37,033 bases of DNA from a virus. Its lineage: Duplodnaviria > Caudoviricetes. Of the stretch, positions 24,607 through 33,948 are shown piece by piece. Numbering within the stretch: position 1 is the first letter of the stretch; every line of letters begins with the position of its first letter. Under the pieces are notes generated by a model. The model was not told where the DNA came from. It ran no database searches and saw only the letters and a program-made list of their open reading frames with translations. Location: positions 1 to 37,033 of the IMG/VR virus record IMGVR_UViG_3300025160_000014; one strand, written 5' to 3'. Both the position numbers and the translations under genes were made by a program.

Positions 24607-27600
24607 TGTCAATATTGAAAGAAGATAATCTGCCACCTCCCCCTCCAAAGAAAGGCAATTTGGGAGTGACTGAGGATTTGCCACCTCCACCGAAAAAAAA
24701 AATTTCGGACGAGCCGGTAGGCGTAGCGCCTCCCTTACCATCGAAATTCGGATCAACGGTCGGGGCGCCTCCTTCACCATTGGAATTAACTGGTGGCACA
24801 TCCGTATCGGCTCCTGGGCCATTGGATTCACAAGAGCCTACGGGCCCGATAAAACTACCAACGGAAGCGGAGTGGGAACAGATACAGAAGTCGGGCCAAG
24901 CGCCAACAACACTACAGCTTAGAATCACCTCTCCTTTAGGAAAGGTAACTCAGAAGACCATTAATGTCCCACAGATAATTCCCGGAAAAGAATTCCTCGG
25001 TCCCGTTCAGCCTATAAAAATTGGGACCAAAGAAGAGCAGATAAAGGAGCAAGAGACTATTGTTCAAAATCAGAAGGAGCTATCCGGGAAGAAGTTGAAA
25101 GATTTCTATGACACCTATCAGCAGACAAAAGGAACAGTAGGAGATGTCCTGGATGTAAATATCGACAAGCAGAACACCCTTGATTTGTATAAGGATTATT
25201 TAATGAACAATGATCCTTCTGAGTTAAAATATCTCACCTCGCGTCAGCAGGAATCGCAGAAAGATTACCTGATGAAGATTTCCGATCCAACCCTAAGCGA
25301 AGAGGAGAAAAAGAAGCTGCAACTGGACACAGAAAAATACGAGGCGGAACTCTATAATCGTGCGCTGAATTTTAAAGCATCTGTGTTCGCTGCTAAATAC
25401 GAGGAGGCGAAGAATGAGTTTGATCTTCGATACAAAGAAGATTTCAAGTTAAGCGAGCAGTATGCGAATGAACAGAAGGGGCTCTCTGAAAATTTAAAGG
25501 CTGTTGCTGATCGTCTTTCGAAATTTGAGAAGACAGACCAGGGATTTATTCCAAAATCTCCAGAAGAGCAAAAAGAAATTCAGCAACTGATCACCGCTCA
25601 CAATGAGATGGTGGGACAATATAAAGATGTAAGCGGGAAGCTAGATCAGATAAATTCTGAGCCAGGGTTTAATGAGTCAATGAACAAAATAAATAGCGTT
25701 CACGACAGCTACGAAAAACTGACAAAAGAAGCGGAGACATTTATAGATCAGTATCCTGAATTAAAGAAGAAGCTATCAGAGGTAAAAAGCAAACAGGCCG
25801 CTATTGATATTCTTGCAGACGTAAACCCCGAATTCGATAAGTTCACAAAAACCGGAGGACAAGTCATTGGTGCTGTCACTGGATTCTTGCAGAAGTTGAG
25901 CTATGTCCCAAAGATGGTTGGTGATGGTGATGAATTTGGATGGACAGATAAATTCTACGACTCATCTGCCGACATGTTCGAGGAGCTGAATTCTACGATC
26001 GCCCCAATGCCCACAAAACTCACAAAGCCTTTATTCGAAAACGGGAAATTGGATGCGGAGCTAATTCTTCCGAAAACAATCAGGACTCTTTCCGACATGG
26101 GTCTGCTTGTCGGATCGGCATACCTTACAGGGGGAACACTTGCCGCAGGCGGAGTAGCCGGCGGCCTAGCAAGCTCTATCGGCACAGTGTTGGCAGGAAC
26201 GGTCCTCACAGCAGAAGACTATTATAAGGATGCAAAAGCAGCCGGGATGAATGAGTCTGACGCTAATAATTTTGCATTTACAGTTTCAATTCAGCAGGGT
26301 ATGCTTGAGTTGATAAACCCCGAAATGAAACTTTTCAACAAGGGATTGTTCGGAACTGCCGCTAAAACGTATGTTGACAGACTTGCAAAAGGGGTTACTA
26401 AAAAGGTGGCGATGCAAGACGCCTCTAAGATTTTGTTTAAAAATGTGATTGGCGAGAATGTTCAGGAGACAATGCAGTTTTTCGATGAGCTCGGGAACAA
26501 GGACCTCGCCAACACAATCACAGGGGTGAAGATGCAGACCGATGAGAACATCGGAGATGCTCTGGCGGAGCAGTTCGTTCTCACTACACTCGTCTCACTT
26601 CCATTTGGAGGACTAGGTGTTCGTGGCGCTAATCAATTACAAAAAGAATCCTTGTATTTGTCTGCGTTGAATCCAATGGAGACAACTAAGGCCATTCAAG
26701 AGATGGTGAAGAACGGAACGATCACAGAAGAGAAATCTCTGGAACTTGGGAAAATTATTGACAATGCGTCTACTGCTCTCACAAAAATGCCAGCCAGCAT
26801 GGATGTGATGAAGAAGATAAATGCTCTTCCGCTGATGATGGAGAAGATGAAGATGGAGGAAGATGCAAAAGGGACGGACTCTTCATTCAAGCCGATCGTA
26901 GATGAAAAAATTGATGCGATTACAAAGGAAGTTCAGGATAGTGTAGGAATAGTTGAACCAAAAACAGAAACAGATGGCAAAGAAGAAAAAGCCGGTAAAG
27001 AAACCGGTAAAAAAGCCGATGTATTAAAGGCGCCTAAATCAGAGGAGCAACCTGCTCCTCTGAATCAGGACGAGATGGATGAACTAGAATTCTTGCAGCT
27101 GTCAGACAAAGAAGGCGTCACCACTCCGGAAGACAAAACGAGAATGGAAGAGTTGGTGAAACGTGTTCCGGAAGTGAAAGCTGAGACGAAAGAGGCTCCC
27201 ATAGTTACGCAAGAGGTTGTGCCCGTAAAAGAAACTACTGCTTCTCCGGAAGTTACTCCTGCTCCAGAAGTAATAGCTGAACCTGTGGCGAAGACAGAAA
27301 AAGAAGTTTTTGACGAGAAGAAGTCAACGATAGATACAAAAACAAAATTAACAGACATAAAAGATTTGGAGGTCGGAGATTATGTAGCTGTGAAGAATGA
27401 TAGCGGGAATGTGTACGAAGGCTTCGTTACTAAGATCGGCCCGAAGAACGTGTCTGTCGAAGGTTCTTCGATGTATGGCATAAGCGAAACGAAATTCAAA
27501 AAGGATAACATAGAAGGATTTTATAAACCTAAAACTGAACCCAATGCCAAAGAAGGTGGAAAAGAAACTCAAGGCGCAAGCCAAGAAACTGGGACTGTCG

Positions 27601-30600
27601 GGGAAACGCAAGAACGCATTCGTGTTCGGGACGCTGAACAAGCTAAAGAAGAAGTAGCTCCGGAGAATGTCGTTGATGACAAGGATGTTATTTCGACGCT
27701 CGACAAAGATCTCGATGCGATCAAAAAACTCCCTGCCGACAAAACAAAGATGAAGTCCACCGCAGTCAACATGCGGATCAACCAGGCCGTCAAAGAAGGC
27801 AAGCTAACAAAAGAGTCTGCTTACACCTACAGAAAATCCCTGGATGAAACCGTAGTGGAGAGAGGTAAGAAAGAGACGGCAGATCGCAAGCAAAGGATAA
27901 AAGATGCTATCTCTGTTGGCGCTGAGCTTCTCAAGCAAGACCTGGAAGATCTAAATATCATCTCTTCTCAGGATGAAGATGTGAAAAAGTCCGGGTTCGT
28001 CGACGCAAGAAAATTAATCGACCTCGCTGTGAAGATCGCTCACAAGTCTATCGATGCAGGATTTTCTGTTGCAGAATCGGTCGAGAAAGCCCTCAAGTCA
28101 GTAAAGGGGAGTGTCATATTTAAGAAGATGGTTGACGCAAAGATTATCGACGAGAAAGAGTTCGATGCTGGTGTGGGTGGCGTGTTTCAAAAAGCAGAGA
28201 AGCAAGAGCAGAAGGACGAAGAAAAAAAGAAGGACGAAAAGAAAAACATGAAGACTGCCGAGCGCGTGGCTACGGGAGAGTTTATTGATAAGGATATAAA
28301 ATCTGGGCTTGAGGAGAAGGGGTATAAGTATGTGCCGACATCATTGAAGATAACAAACGATGATGCCTCTGCATACGTTAAAGCATTCGAAGAGTCCGAC
28401 AATCTGGATAAAGCAAATGCCAATGTTATGAATATGCAGAACGGCATGAGAAATGTCGTTCGTGGAACCATAGCGGCAAAATTAGTGGAGGCATACGAGA
28501 GAAAGAAAAACTCTGCCGAAACATTAGAAGAAAGACAGGATGCTATTGATAATATAGTTGGACTAACAGTTTTTGCAGCCGAACTATTTAACGACTCCGG
28601 GCTAACCATCAACGCAGCAAAACTCTGGAAGCGTCTTGCCGAAAAGACTCCGGAAGGGATGGTCGCCGCCGTTAGAAAGCATCAGGAGAAAGAGAGGGAG
28701 AAAATTATCGATCCAAAAAGAAAGGATCTCAAAGATGCAAAAGCAGCACTCGAAGAAGTTTATGGGGAGGATGTGGAGAGAATCATTGAGGTTCGAGTGG
28801 CAGAAGAAATTGAGAAGAGGGGAGAGGCGCTGTTTGGCAAAGAGACGAAAAAGAAGATCGTTGACTTTTTCGACTCGTTTAAAATTGACACGAAAGGCAA
28901 GCTGTACGATGCCACAATGGGGCTTCCTATTGCTATATACAATGGCGCTGTTGAGATATTAAAGAAGTCAAGCCTGCTGGGAGCAAGCACAGCAAACGCC
29001 ATCAAAGCAGCAAAAGATTACGTAAACTCCAACTGGAAGAATGCGTGGCTCGATAAGGATTTTGAGTTGACATGGAAGGAAAGGATGGAGGGGGAAGACA
29101 CTCCTATCCCGAAGAAAAAGCCACTTTCTGAAACTCAGAAATCTACTATCCTTGAAAGGTGGGAAAAGCGCCTGTCGAATCTTTCGGAAGAGAACCGCCG
29201 TCAGCTTCTTGCGGATTCTGTTGAAGAGCTAAACACCATCGGAGCTCTTTCGGACAAACGATTTGAGGAGTTTTATGCCAAGGCAATGGGCTTGCAGACC
29301 ATGACAAATGAGATGATGCAAAAAGTTTTGCAACTTTCTAGTGTTATAGGAAAAGCCGAAACAGCATCCAGGGCGTTTGAGAAATCTTTCGATGACCAGA
29401 TTGTCGCAGAGAAAGTAGGCCCGCTCACAAAAGAGCAGAAAGTTAATTTTTTGACCGAACAAGAACAGAAGAGAAAAGAGTGGGAGAAGGCCGTGTTCGA
29501 TGCAGAGATTGCAAACAGGGAACTGAGCGAGCTATTTAGGGGAGACAAGAGGTTTTGGGACACGATGACATCTCTCATGCAGCTAAACCTTCTCACAACG
29601 AAGTCTCTCATAACAAACATCTACGCAAACGCGCTTATCCAGCCACTAATGATGCTTAGAAGGGGTGGTGCGAGTGCAATGGATTACCTTCTTTCAAAAG
29701 GAGCCGAATATACGCTTCTGAAAAGGTGGATCGATAAAGACAGAAAGGTGGATGCCTTTGCGTATTTCAAAGGAAATAAGAGGGGGATTATCCCCGGGCT
29801 AAAATTGGCCGGCAAAGCAATTCGCTACGGATCAACATCCGAAGATATCGAAAACAGAGATTTGCGACAAAGCATTGATGTTGTAAAATCGTGGATTGAT
29901 CTATACCGGATGACGACCGGTAAAAAGAAAAAGGATTTTGAGCAGTACCTAAATGGAATAGCAGAAGCCGTATTTGGACTCCCTGCAGTTGCGGTATCTC
30001 GCGCGCTCGCCCTCGGCGACAAGCCATTTTCTACAGCAGCAAAATTCGGAAAGGCCCTAGAGATCGGGAAGCTAAAAGGACTAAAGGGAACTGAGCTTGA
30101 TAAATTTATTTTCTTCCCGGATGCAGAGAGTGCAGAAAAAATAAAGCAAGCTGGGCTGGAGGCTGTATTTCAGCAGAAGACAGGACTCTCTGGAAAAATT
30201 CAAGGGTATGTGACCGACTTCGAGAATTATCTTTCTGAATTTCCTCTTGTTGGCGGCCCGGCAAGATTTGCATTCAGATCTCAGATTCCGTTTGTAAAAA
30301 CCCCACTAAACCTACTTAGCGTCACCATAGATTTCGCTGTACCTCCGGTCTCGCTTTACAAAGCGTTCAGTGCCGTAAAAAGCGGAGATAGGGCAGCGGC
30401 GCTTACGCATTTTAACAGCGCCCTCATTGGAGGGATGATATGGTATGCAGTTACAAATCTAATGATGAGAGGGCTTATGACCGCCGGGGCGGATGACTCG
30501 GATGACAAAAAGAAAGAGAGGGATATTCAGTACGAAAATGTCCCGCCGTATTCAATAAATGAGTCTGCTCTTGCCAGAATGCTTACGGGCGGGAATCCGG

Positions 30601-31439
30601 AAGTTCGCGATGATGACGTGTGGAGGAATTATCAAAAGACAGGAGTCCTTGGGATCACAATGTCCATGCAGGCAAACGCATATAAAAATATGAGCTCGGA
30701 CGAAATTGAGAAGATGAGCTATCTGCAAAGCGTGGCATGGAGCTTCCCCTCTGCTATGAAAGCATCACTAGACCAGTCGTTCTTGCAGGGAACAAACACG
30801 CTTCTGAATGCAATTCAGGACGGCGGGTGGAAGATGGATAAGTGGCTTATCAACACCACCGGAGCCATGAGTGCCTCGCTATACCCAAACACGTTGGCGT
30901 CAATAAGTAAAGCCGGGGACGAATATATCCGCGACACCAAGGGAGTAGACTTGTCCGACAGTTTTGTTTCCTTTTTCAAAAACAGAATGTTTATGGGCGA
31001 GGATCTCCCATCAAAAATTACGCTGTGGGGAGAGAAGGTTCCCAATGTTCCAAATCCAGATAAAAACGCATACGTTCACTACCTACTGGATGTAACCAAC
31101 AAGAAAACTGTCGACACAGAATATTTTGGATATAAGATTTACGATCTGTGGAAGAAGACCAACGATTCTAATGTTCTCCCAACCCCTCCAAGTAACACCA
31201 TACAGATTAGAGGAGAGAAGATACTACTCTCCTCTGACCTGTACGAAGAGTACCAGATCAATGTAGGAAAGTACAGAAAGAGCTTGATTCGTGGCATGGT
31301 CGAGTCTAGCACGTTTAAGGATATGCCTGACGAGCAAAAGATTAAGACCCTCACCAAGCTATATTCAGATGGGCAGGCCGCAGGAAAAAACATTCTTCTT
31401 TCCGACAACCCCGAGCTGATTGCCAACCTAAAAAAGTGA
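24606..31439 (+). CDS. Giant putative ejection / internal virion protein (2277 aa)
   Basis: Helical, Cys-free protein with a Gly/Ala hydrophobic segment (LLVGSAYLTGGTLAAGGVAGGLASSIG), a KOW/SH3-like stretch (LEVGDYVAV..SGNVYEGFVTKI) and a C-terminal PFVKTPLN-type region seen in large podophage cargo proteins. Confidence 0.75.
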   Translation: MSILKEDNLPPPPPKKGNLGVTEDLPPPPKKKISDEPVGVAPPLPSKFGSTVGAPPSPLELTGGTSVSAPGPLDSQEPTGPIKLPTEAEWEQIQKSGQAPTTLQLRITSPLGKVTQKTINVPQIIPGKEFLGPVQPIKIGTKEEQIKEQETIVQNQKELSGKKLKDFYDTYQQTKGTVGDVLDVNIDKQNTLDLYKDYLMNNDPSELKYLTSRQQESQKDYLMKISDPTLSEEEKKKLQLDTEKYEAELYNRALNFKASVFAAKYEEAKNEFDLRYKEDFKLSEQYANEQKGLSENLKAVADRLSKFEKTDQGFIPKSPEEQKEIQQLITAHNEMVGQYKDVSGKLDQINSEPGFNESMNKINSVHDSYEKLTKEAETFIDQYPELKKKLSEVKSKQAAIDILADVNPEFDKFTKTGGQVIGAVTGFLQKLSYVPKMVGDGDEFGWTDKFYDSSADMFEELNSTIAPMPTKLTKPLFENGKLDAELILPKTIRTLSDMGLLVGSAYLTGGTLAAGGVAGGLASSIGTVLAGTVLTAEDYYKDAKAAGMNESDANNFAFTVSIQQGMLELINPEMKLFNKGLFGTAAKTYVDRLAKGVTKKVAMQDASKILFKNVIGENVQETMQFFDELGNKDLANTITGVKMQTDENIGDALAEQFVLTTLVSLPFGGLGVRGANQLQKESLYLSALNPMETTKAIQEMVKNGTITEEKSLELGKIIDNASTALTKMPASMDVMKKINALPLMMEKMKMEEDAKGTDSSFKPIVDEKIDAITKEVQDSVGIVEPKTETDGKEEKAGKETGKKADVLKAPKSEEQPAPLNQDEMDELEFLQLSDKEGVTTPEDKTRMEELVKRVPEVKAETKEAPIVTQEVVPVKETTASPEVTPAPEVIAEPVAKTEKEVFDEKKSTIDTKTKLTDIKDLEVGDYVAVKNDSGNVYEGFVTKIGPKNVSVEGSSMYGISETKFKKDNIEGFYKPKTEPNAKEGGKETQGASQETGTVGETQERIRVRDAEQAKEEVAPENVVDDKDVISTLDKDLDAIKKLPADKTKMKSTAVNMRINQAVKEGKLTKESAYTYRKSLDETVVERGKKETADRKQRIKDAISVGAELLKQDLEDLNIISSQDEDVKKSGFVDARKLIDLAVKIAHKSIDAGFSVAESVEKALKSVKGSVIFKKMVDAKIIDEKEFDAGVGGVFQKAEKQEQKDEEKKKDEKKNMKTAERVATGEFIDKDIKSGLEEKGYKYVPTSLKITNDDASAYVKAFEESDNLDKANANVMNMQNGMRNVVRGTIAAKLVEAYERKKNSAETLEERQDAIDNIVGLTVFAAELFNDSGLTINAAKLWKRLAEKTPEGMVAAVRKHQEKEREKIIDPKRKDLKDAKAALEEVYGEDVERIIEVRVAEEIEKRGEALFGKETKKKIVDFFDSFKIDTKGKLYDATMGLPIAIYNGAVEILKKSSLLGASTANAIKAAKDYVNSNWKNAWLDKDFELTWKERMEGEDTPIPKKKPLSETQKSTILERWEKRLSNLSEENRRQLLADSVEELNTIGALSDKRFEEFYAKAMGLQTMTNEMMQKVLQLSSVIGKAETASRAFEKSFDDQIVAEKVGPLTKEQKVNFLTEQEQKRKEWEKAVFDAEIANRELSELFRGDKRFWDTMTSLMQLNLLTTKSLITNIYANALIQPLMMLRRGGASAMDYLLSKGAEYTLLKRWIDKDRKVDAFAYFKGNKRGIIPGLKLAGKAIRYGSTSEDIENRDLRQSIDVVKSWIDLYRMTTGKKKKDFEQYLNGIAEAVFGLPAVAVSRALALGDKPFSTAAKFGKALEIGKLKGLKGTELDKFIFFPDAESAEKIKQAGLEAVFQQKTGLSGKIQGYVTDFENYLSEFPLVGGPARFAFRSQIPFVKTPLNLLSVTIDFAVPPVSLYKAFSAVKSGDRAAALTHFNSALIGGMIWYAVTNLMMRGLMTAGADDSDDKKKERDIQYENVPPYSINESALARMLTGGNPEVRDDDVWRNYQKTGVLGITMSMQANAYKNMSSDEIEKMSYLQSVAWSFPSAMKASLDQSFLQGTNTLLNAIQDGGWKMDKWLINTTGAMSASLYPNTLASISKAGDEYIRDTKGVDLSDSFVSFFKNRMFMGEDLPSKITLWGEKVPNVPNPDKNAYVHYLLDVTNKKTVDTEYFGYKIYDLWKKTNDSNVLPTPPSNTIQIRGEKILLSSDLYEEYQINVGKYRKSLIRGMVESSTFKDMPDEQKIKTLTKLYSDGQAAGKNILLSDNPELIANLKK
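26974..27027 (+). CDS. Candidate nested basic micropeptide in the +1 frame (17 aa)
   Basis: MAKKKKPVKKPVKKPMY* preceded by the A-rich leader gaaccaaaaacagaaacag. Confidence 0.4.
   Translation: MAKKKKPVKKPVKKPMY
27544..27657 (+). CDS. Nested small basic protein in the +1 frame (37 aa)
   Basis: MPKKVEKKLKAQAKKLGLSGKRKNAFVFGTLNKLKKK* with the leader ttttataaacctaaaactgaaccca. It resembles stand-alone small phage proteins of the MPKKLE..LK..A.K.GL.G....AYVYGTL type (from recall). Confidence 0.65.
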   Translation: MPKKVEKKLKAQAKKLGLSGKRKNAFVFGTLNKLKKK

Positions 31440-31465
31440 AATGTTGATTATCAGAAAAAATAAAT

Positions 31466-31473
31466 TATTTTTG
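31466..31473 (+). promoter_or_regulatory. -7 element TATTTTTG (possible leaderless transcript)
   Basis: Consensus motif 5 nt before the ATG at 31479. Confidence 0.65.
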
Positions 31474-31478
31474 TCAAG

Positions 31479-32048
31479 ATGTCTTCACTCAAATTAAAGA
31501 TCTCCGCCTCAGAAGAACGCCATTCTATCATCGTCCACGATTGTACCGGGAAGCATTCCGGCGACAACAAAGGTGGATGGGGAAACCAAACCCTTCCTCT
31601 GGATAGTGCAGAGTCAGCGCAGCTAGAAATATACCCTCCCGATCAGGAAATCCCTGTGATAGTGGACGTGTTTCCAGATCTCCCCTCCATTGACGAGTTT
31701 GGGTACTCTATCCCCGATGGGACATTCGGGATGGACACCATCACCAGCGGAGCGTGGAAGATCGGATATCGTGTAAAAGGAACAAACCCCGACGACGGAC
31801 GCCCGTATGAAAAATACACAGAGAGCATCTTCATCTTCACAAAGGGGGCGGAGTGCTGTGTCGATAAGTTGCTTGCAAGGACGGCAAATGTGCCGATCAC
31901 TGTTTATATGAAAGACGAAAAGAAAAAGAAGGCCGTTGAGCTTTCCAATCTTCTGGACGATGCGCTGTATGCGAAGGGATGCGGGAACATTAGTGACGCC
32001 AAACGAATTCTTCGATATATAAACCAGCAGTGCATCTGCTGTTCATAA
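31479..32048 (+). CDS. Putative tail hub / structural protein with Cys clusters
   Basis: Beta-rich N-terminus (DCTG...GGWG), helical C-terminus with ECC and CICCS. Confidence 0.7.
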   Translation: MSSLKLKISASEERHSIIVHDCTGKHSGDNKGGWGNQTLPLDSAESAQLEIYPPDQEIPVIVDVFPDLPSIDEFGYSIPDGTFGMDTITSGAWKIGYRVKGTNPDDGRPYEKYTESIFIFTKGAECCVDKLLARTANVPITVYMKDEKKKKAVELSNLLDDALYAKGCGNISDAKRILRYINQQCICCS

Positions 32049-32057
32049 AAACAGACA

Positions 32058-32561
32058 ATGTGTACAAAATGTAATAAGACTCCCTGTTGCTGTAAGAAAA
32101 CAATCTCCGTTCGTGGGAAAAGAGGTCCGCAGGGGTCTCCCGGTCCACAAGGGCTTATCGGTCCACAAGGACCAAAAGGAGACCCGGGAAGCCCCGCAGT
32201 GGTAGGCGACGGGTTTGCTACACCCCTTGACCTGACGATAGGCCCGGCAATCCCAACGATAGTTGTGAGCGCCCCGGCAATCCCGGAAAATGGCGACTAC
32301 CTCGTTTGGTCCGAAGCAACCTATGTCCCGGAAGCTACCGCTATTGGAACCTATCGGATATTCAAAGATGCAGTGGCCGCAGGGGTAGTTCGAAATCTAG
32401 GAGCCTCTGCCGCAGCCGCAATAGAGATGCACCTTAAACTCGGAACCATTGACAGGATCAATGGTCTTCTCGCCGGAGAGATTCTTTCTATGAAGGTCAC
32501 TATGTCTATCGCCAATATCACATTGTCAAATGGGTCGATCGCATACCTCAAAATAAACTAA
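32058..32561 (+). CDS. Collagen-repeat fibre-like protein
   Basis: CTKCNKTPCCC head, then about 9 Gly-X-Y triplets (GKRGPQGSPGPQGLIGPQGPKGDPGSP) and a beta-rich C-terminal domain. Confidence 0.8.
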   Translation: MCTKCNKTPCCCKKTISVRGKRGPQGSPGPQGLIGPQGPKGDPGSPAVVGDGFATPLDLTIGPAIPTIVVSAPAIPENGDYLVWSEATYVPEATAIGTYRIFKDAVAAGVVRNLGASAAAAIEMHLKLGTIDRINGLLAGEILSMKVTMSIANITLSNGSIAYLKIN

Positions 32562-32563
32562 CC

Positions 32564-33424
32564 ATGTGCTACAAGTGCAAAAAAAAGAACTGTAACTGCG
32601 AGATAAACCCCGCCGACCAACAAGCAGCAATCGACAACCTTCTGGAGATAACAGAAGAGCTGCAGATGCTCGCAAAATTTTTGAACGGCCACCCAATCAT
32701 CGCCATCGATGACCCTGCAGACATCGTTCAGTTTGACCTCGGAACAGGAGTAGGTTCTGGAGACTGGGAGAGATGGGCGATCTGTGATGGACAAACACAT
32801 GACGGGATTGCAACACCAGACCTTCGTGACAGGTTCCTCGTCGGAGCACTTGGCAACTACACAGTAGGAGATACAGGAGGATTGGATTCGGTTCAACTTA
32901 CTGTCCCTGAGCTTCCTATACATACTCACGTAGTCACCGATCCAGGGCATACTCACGTAATCACAGACCCGGGCCATACTCATGGAATAACTGACGCGGG
33001 TCATATTCATACTGCCGATCAACCTTCGCATAATCACGGACTTACAAACGGCATTGCGAATGTTTCTATCGCTGCCGTTCCAGACCACATCCACGAGATA
33101 TGGGAGATGAACAATGTGGGAACTGCCGATGGGGTAGTTGACTTCAAGCAGGTGGACGCAAGTCCGGTTCATGGAGACACCGATTATACTCAGGCCGCAG
33201 GAGGTCACACGCCGGTTGCTACTATCAGCGGAGCTACAGATAGCACAGACCCTGCAATAACAGTAGATCCTGCCGTGACCGGAATAGTGATCGATGTTGC
33301 GTCAACCGGGAATACGAATGTTTCAAATGTTACCGGCGTCACCAACCAGAATACAGGTAGCGACCAACCGCACGAAAATCGTCCTCCGTATCATAGCGTC
33401 ATTTTTGTTAAAAAAGTCGCCTAG
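32564..33424 (+). CDS. Tail collar / short tail fibre protein
   Basis: WAICDG....TPDLRDRFLVGA...GDTGG...V.LT..ELP.HTH, repeated HxH motifs, and terminal PHENRPPY..V.F.KK. Confidence 0.88.
   Translation: MCYKCKKKNCNCEINPADQQAAIDNLLEITEELQMLAKFLNGHPIIAIDDPADIVQFDLGTGVGSGDWERWAICDGQTHDGIATPDLRDRFLVGALGNYTVGDTGGLDSVQLTVPELPIHTHVVTDPGHTHVITDPGHTHGITDAGHIHTADQPSHNHGLTNGIANVSIAAVPDHIHEIWEMNNVGTADGVVDFKQVDASPVHGDTDYTQAAGGHTPVATISGATDSTDPAITVDPAVTGIVIDVASTGNTNVSNVTGVTNQNTGSDQPHENRPPYHSVIFVKKVA
32921..33010 (+). repeat. 27-bp imperfect tandem repeat encoding HTHxxTDPG
   Basis: catactcacgtagtcaccgatccaggg / catactcacgtaatcacagacccgggc / catactcatggaataactgacgcgggt / catattcat. Confidence 0.8.
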
Positions 33425-33787
33425 ATGCTTGATCTCTGCCGGGCTATATCTGATGCAAAGTGCTGTGCGGCCAAACTAGCAGGGGCGTACGTCGGCGCGG
33501 CCAACACCGGAGAGAATACGGACGATGCTCTGTATGAATTACTTCTGCTCAACGGTTGGATCAAAGTCCTCGAGAGATATGAACAAAACCCAACCGTTCC
33601 ACTCACAACAATATTCACTGACGGGAACCTGGTTTTGGTCGATAACGATAAACTCCTATCTTTGACTTGTCACTCTGAAACTGTCTGCCTGGACGCTGAT
33701 TCTGTAAACTGCCTCAAAAAGAGCGATGTCTGCTTCATGCTGGAGCAGATATCGAAACTGTGTGATAATTGTAAATGCGATTGTTAA
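33425..33787 (+). CDS. Cys-rich putative tail protein
   Basis: 120 aa with KCC and a terminal CDNCKCDC. Confidence 0.75.
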   Translation: MLDLCRAISDAKCCAAKLAGAYVGAANTGENTDDALYELLLLNGWIKVLERYEQNPTVPLTTIFTDGNLVLVDNDKLLSLTCHSETVCLDADSVNCLKKSDVCFMLEQISKLCDNCKCDC

Positions 33788-33798
33788 ACTGATATAGT

Positions 33799-33942
33799 AT
33801 GTCACACAAGGCAGAACAGAAAAAAGATATCAAAACGGTACCCATCGTATTTGACGCATTCCCTACCGACTACATCCTGATGATTCAAAACGGGAAGATG
33901 GTCAAGATCAAAGTTTCAGACCTCAAAAAATCTTTAAAATAA
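33799..33942 (+). CDS. Small hypothetical protein (47 aa)
   Basis: Manual translation MSHKAEQKKDIKTVPIVFDAFPTDYILMIQNGKMVKIKVSDLKKSLK*, which fills the gap between neighbours. Confidence 0.7.
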   Translation: MSHKAEQKKDIKTVPIVFDAFPTDYILMIQNGKMVKIKVSDLKKSLK

Positions 33943-33948
33943 CTCACC

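Noticed and set aside
28636-28962. 108-aa Lys/Arg-rich alternative-frame ORF in the giant gene
   Set aside because: TTG start, no A-rich leader, and it overlaps a well-formed helical region of the main protein. It is probably a by-product of Glu/Lys codons.
5391-31439. Stop-codon reassignment, introns or inteins as seen in some crAss-like phages
   Set aside because: All large genes are open in code 11, genes end in TAA, TGA and TAG, and no intein or intron signatures were seen.
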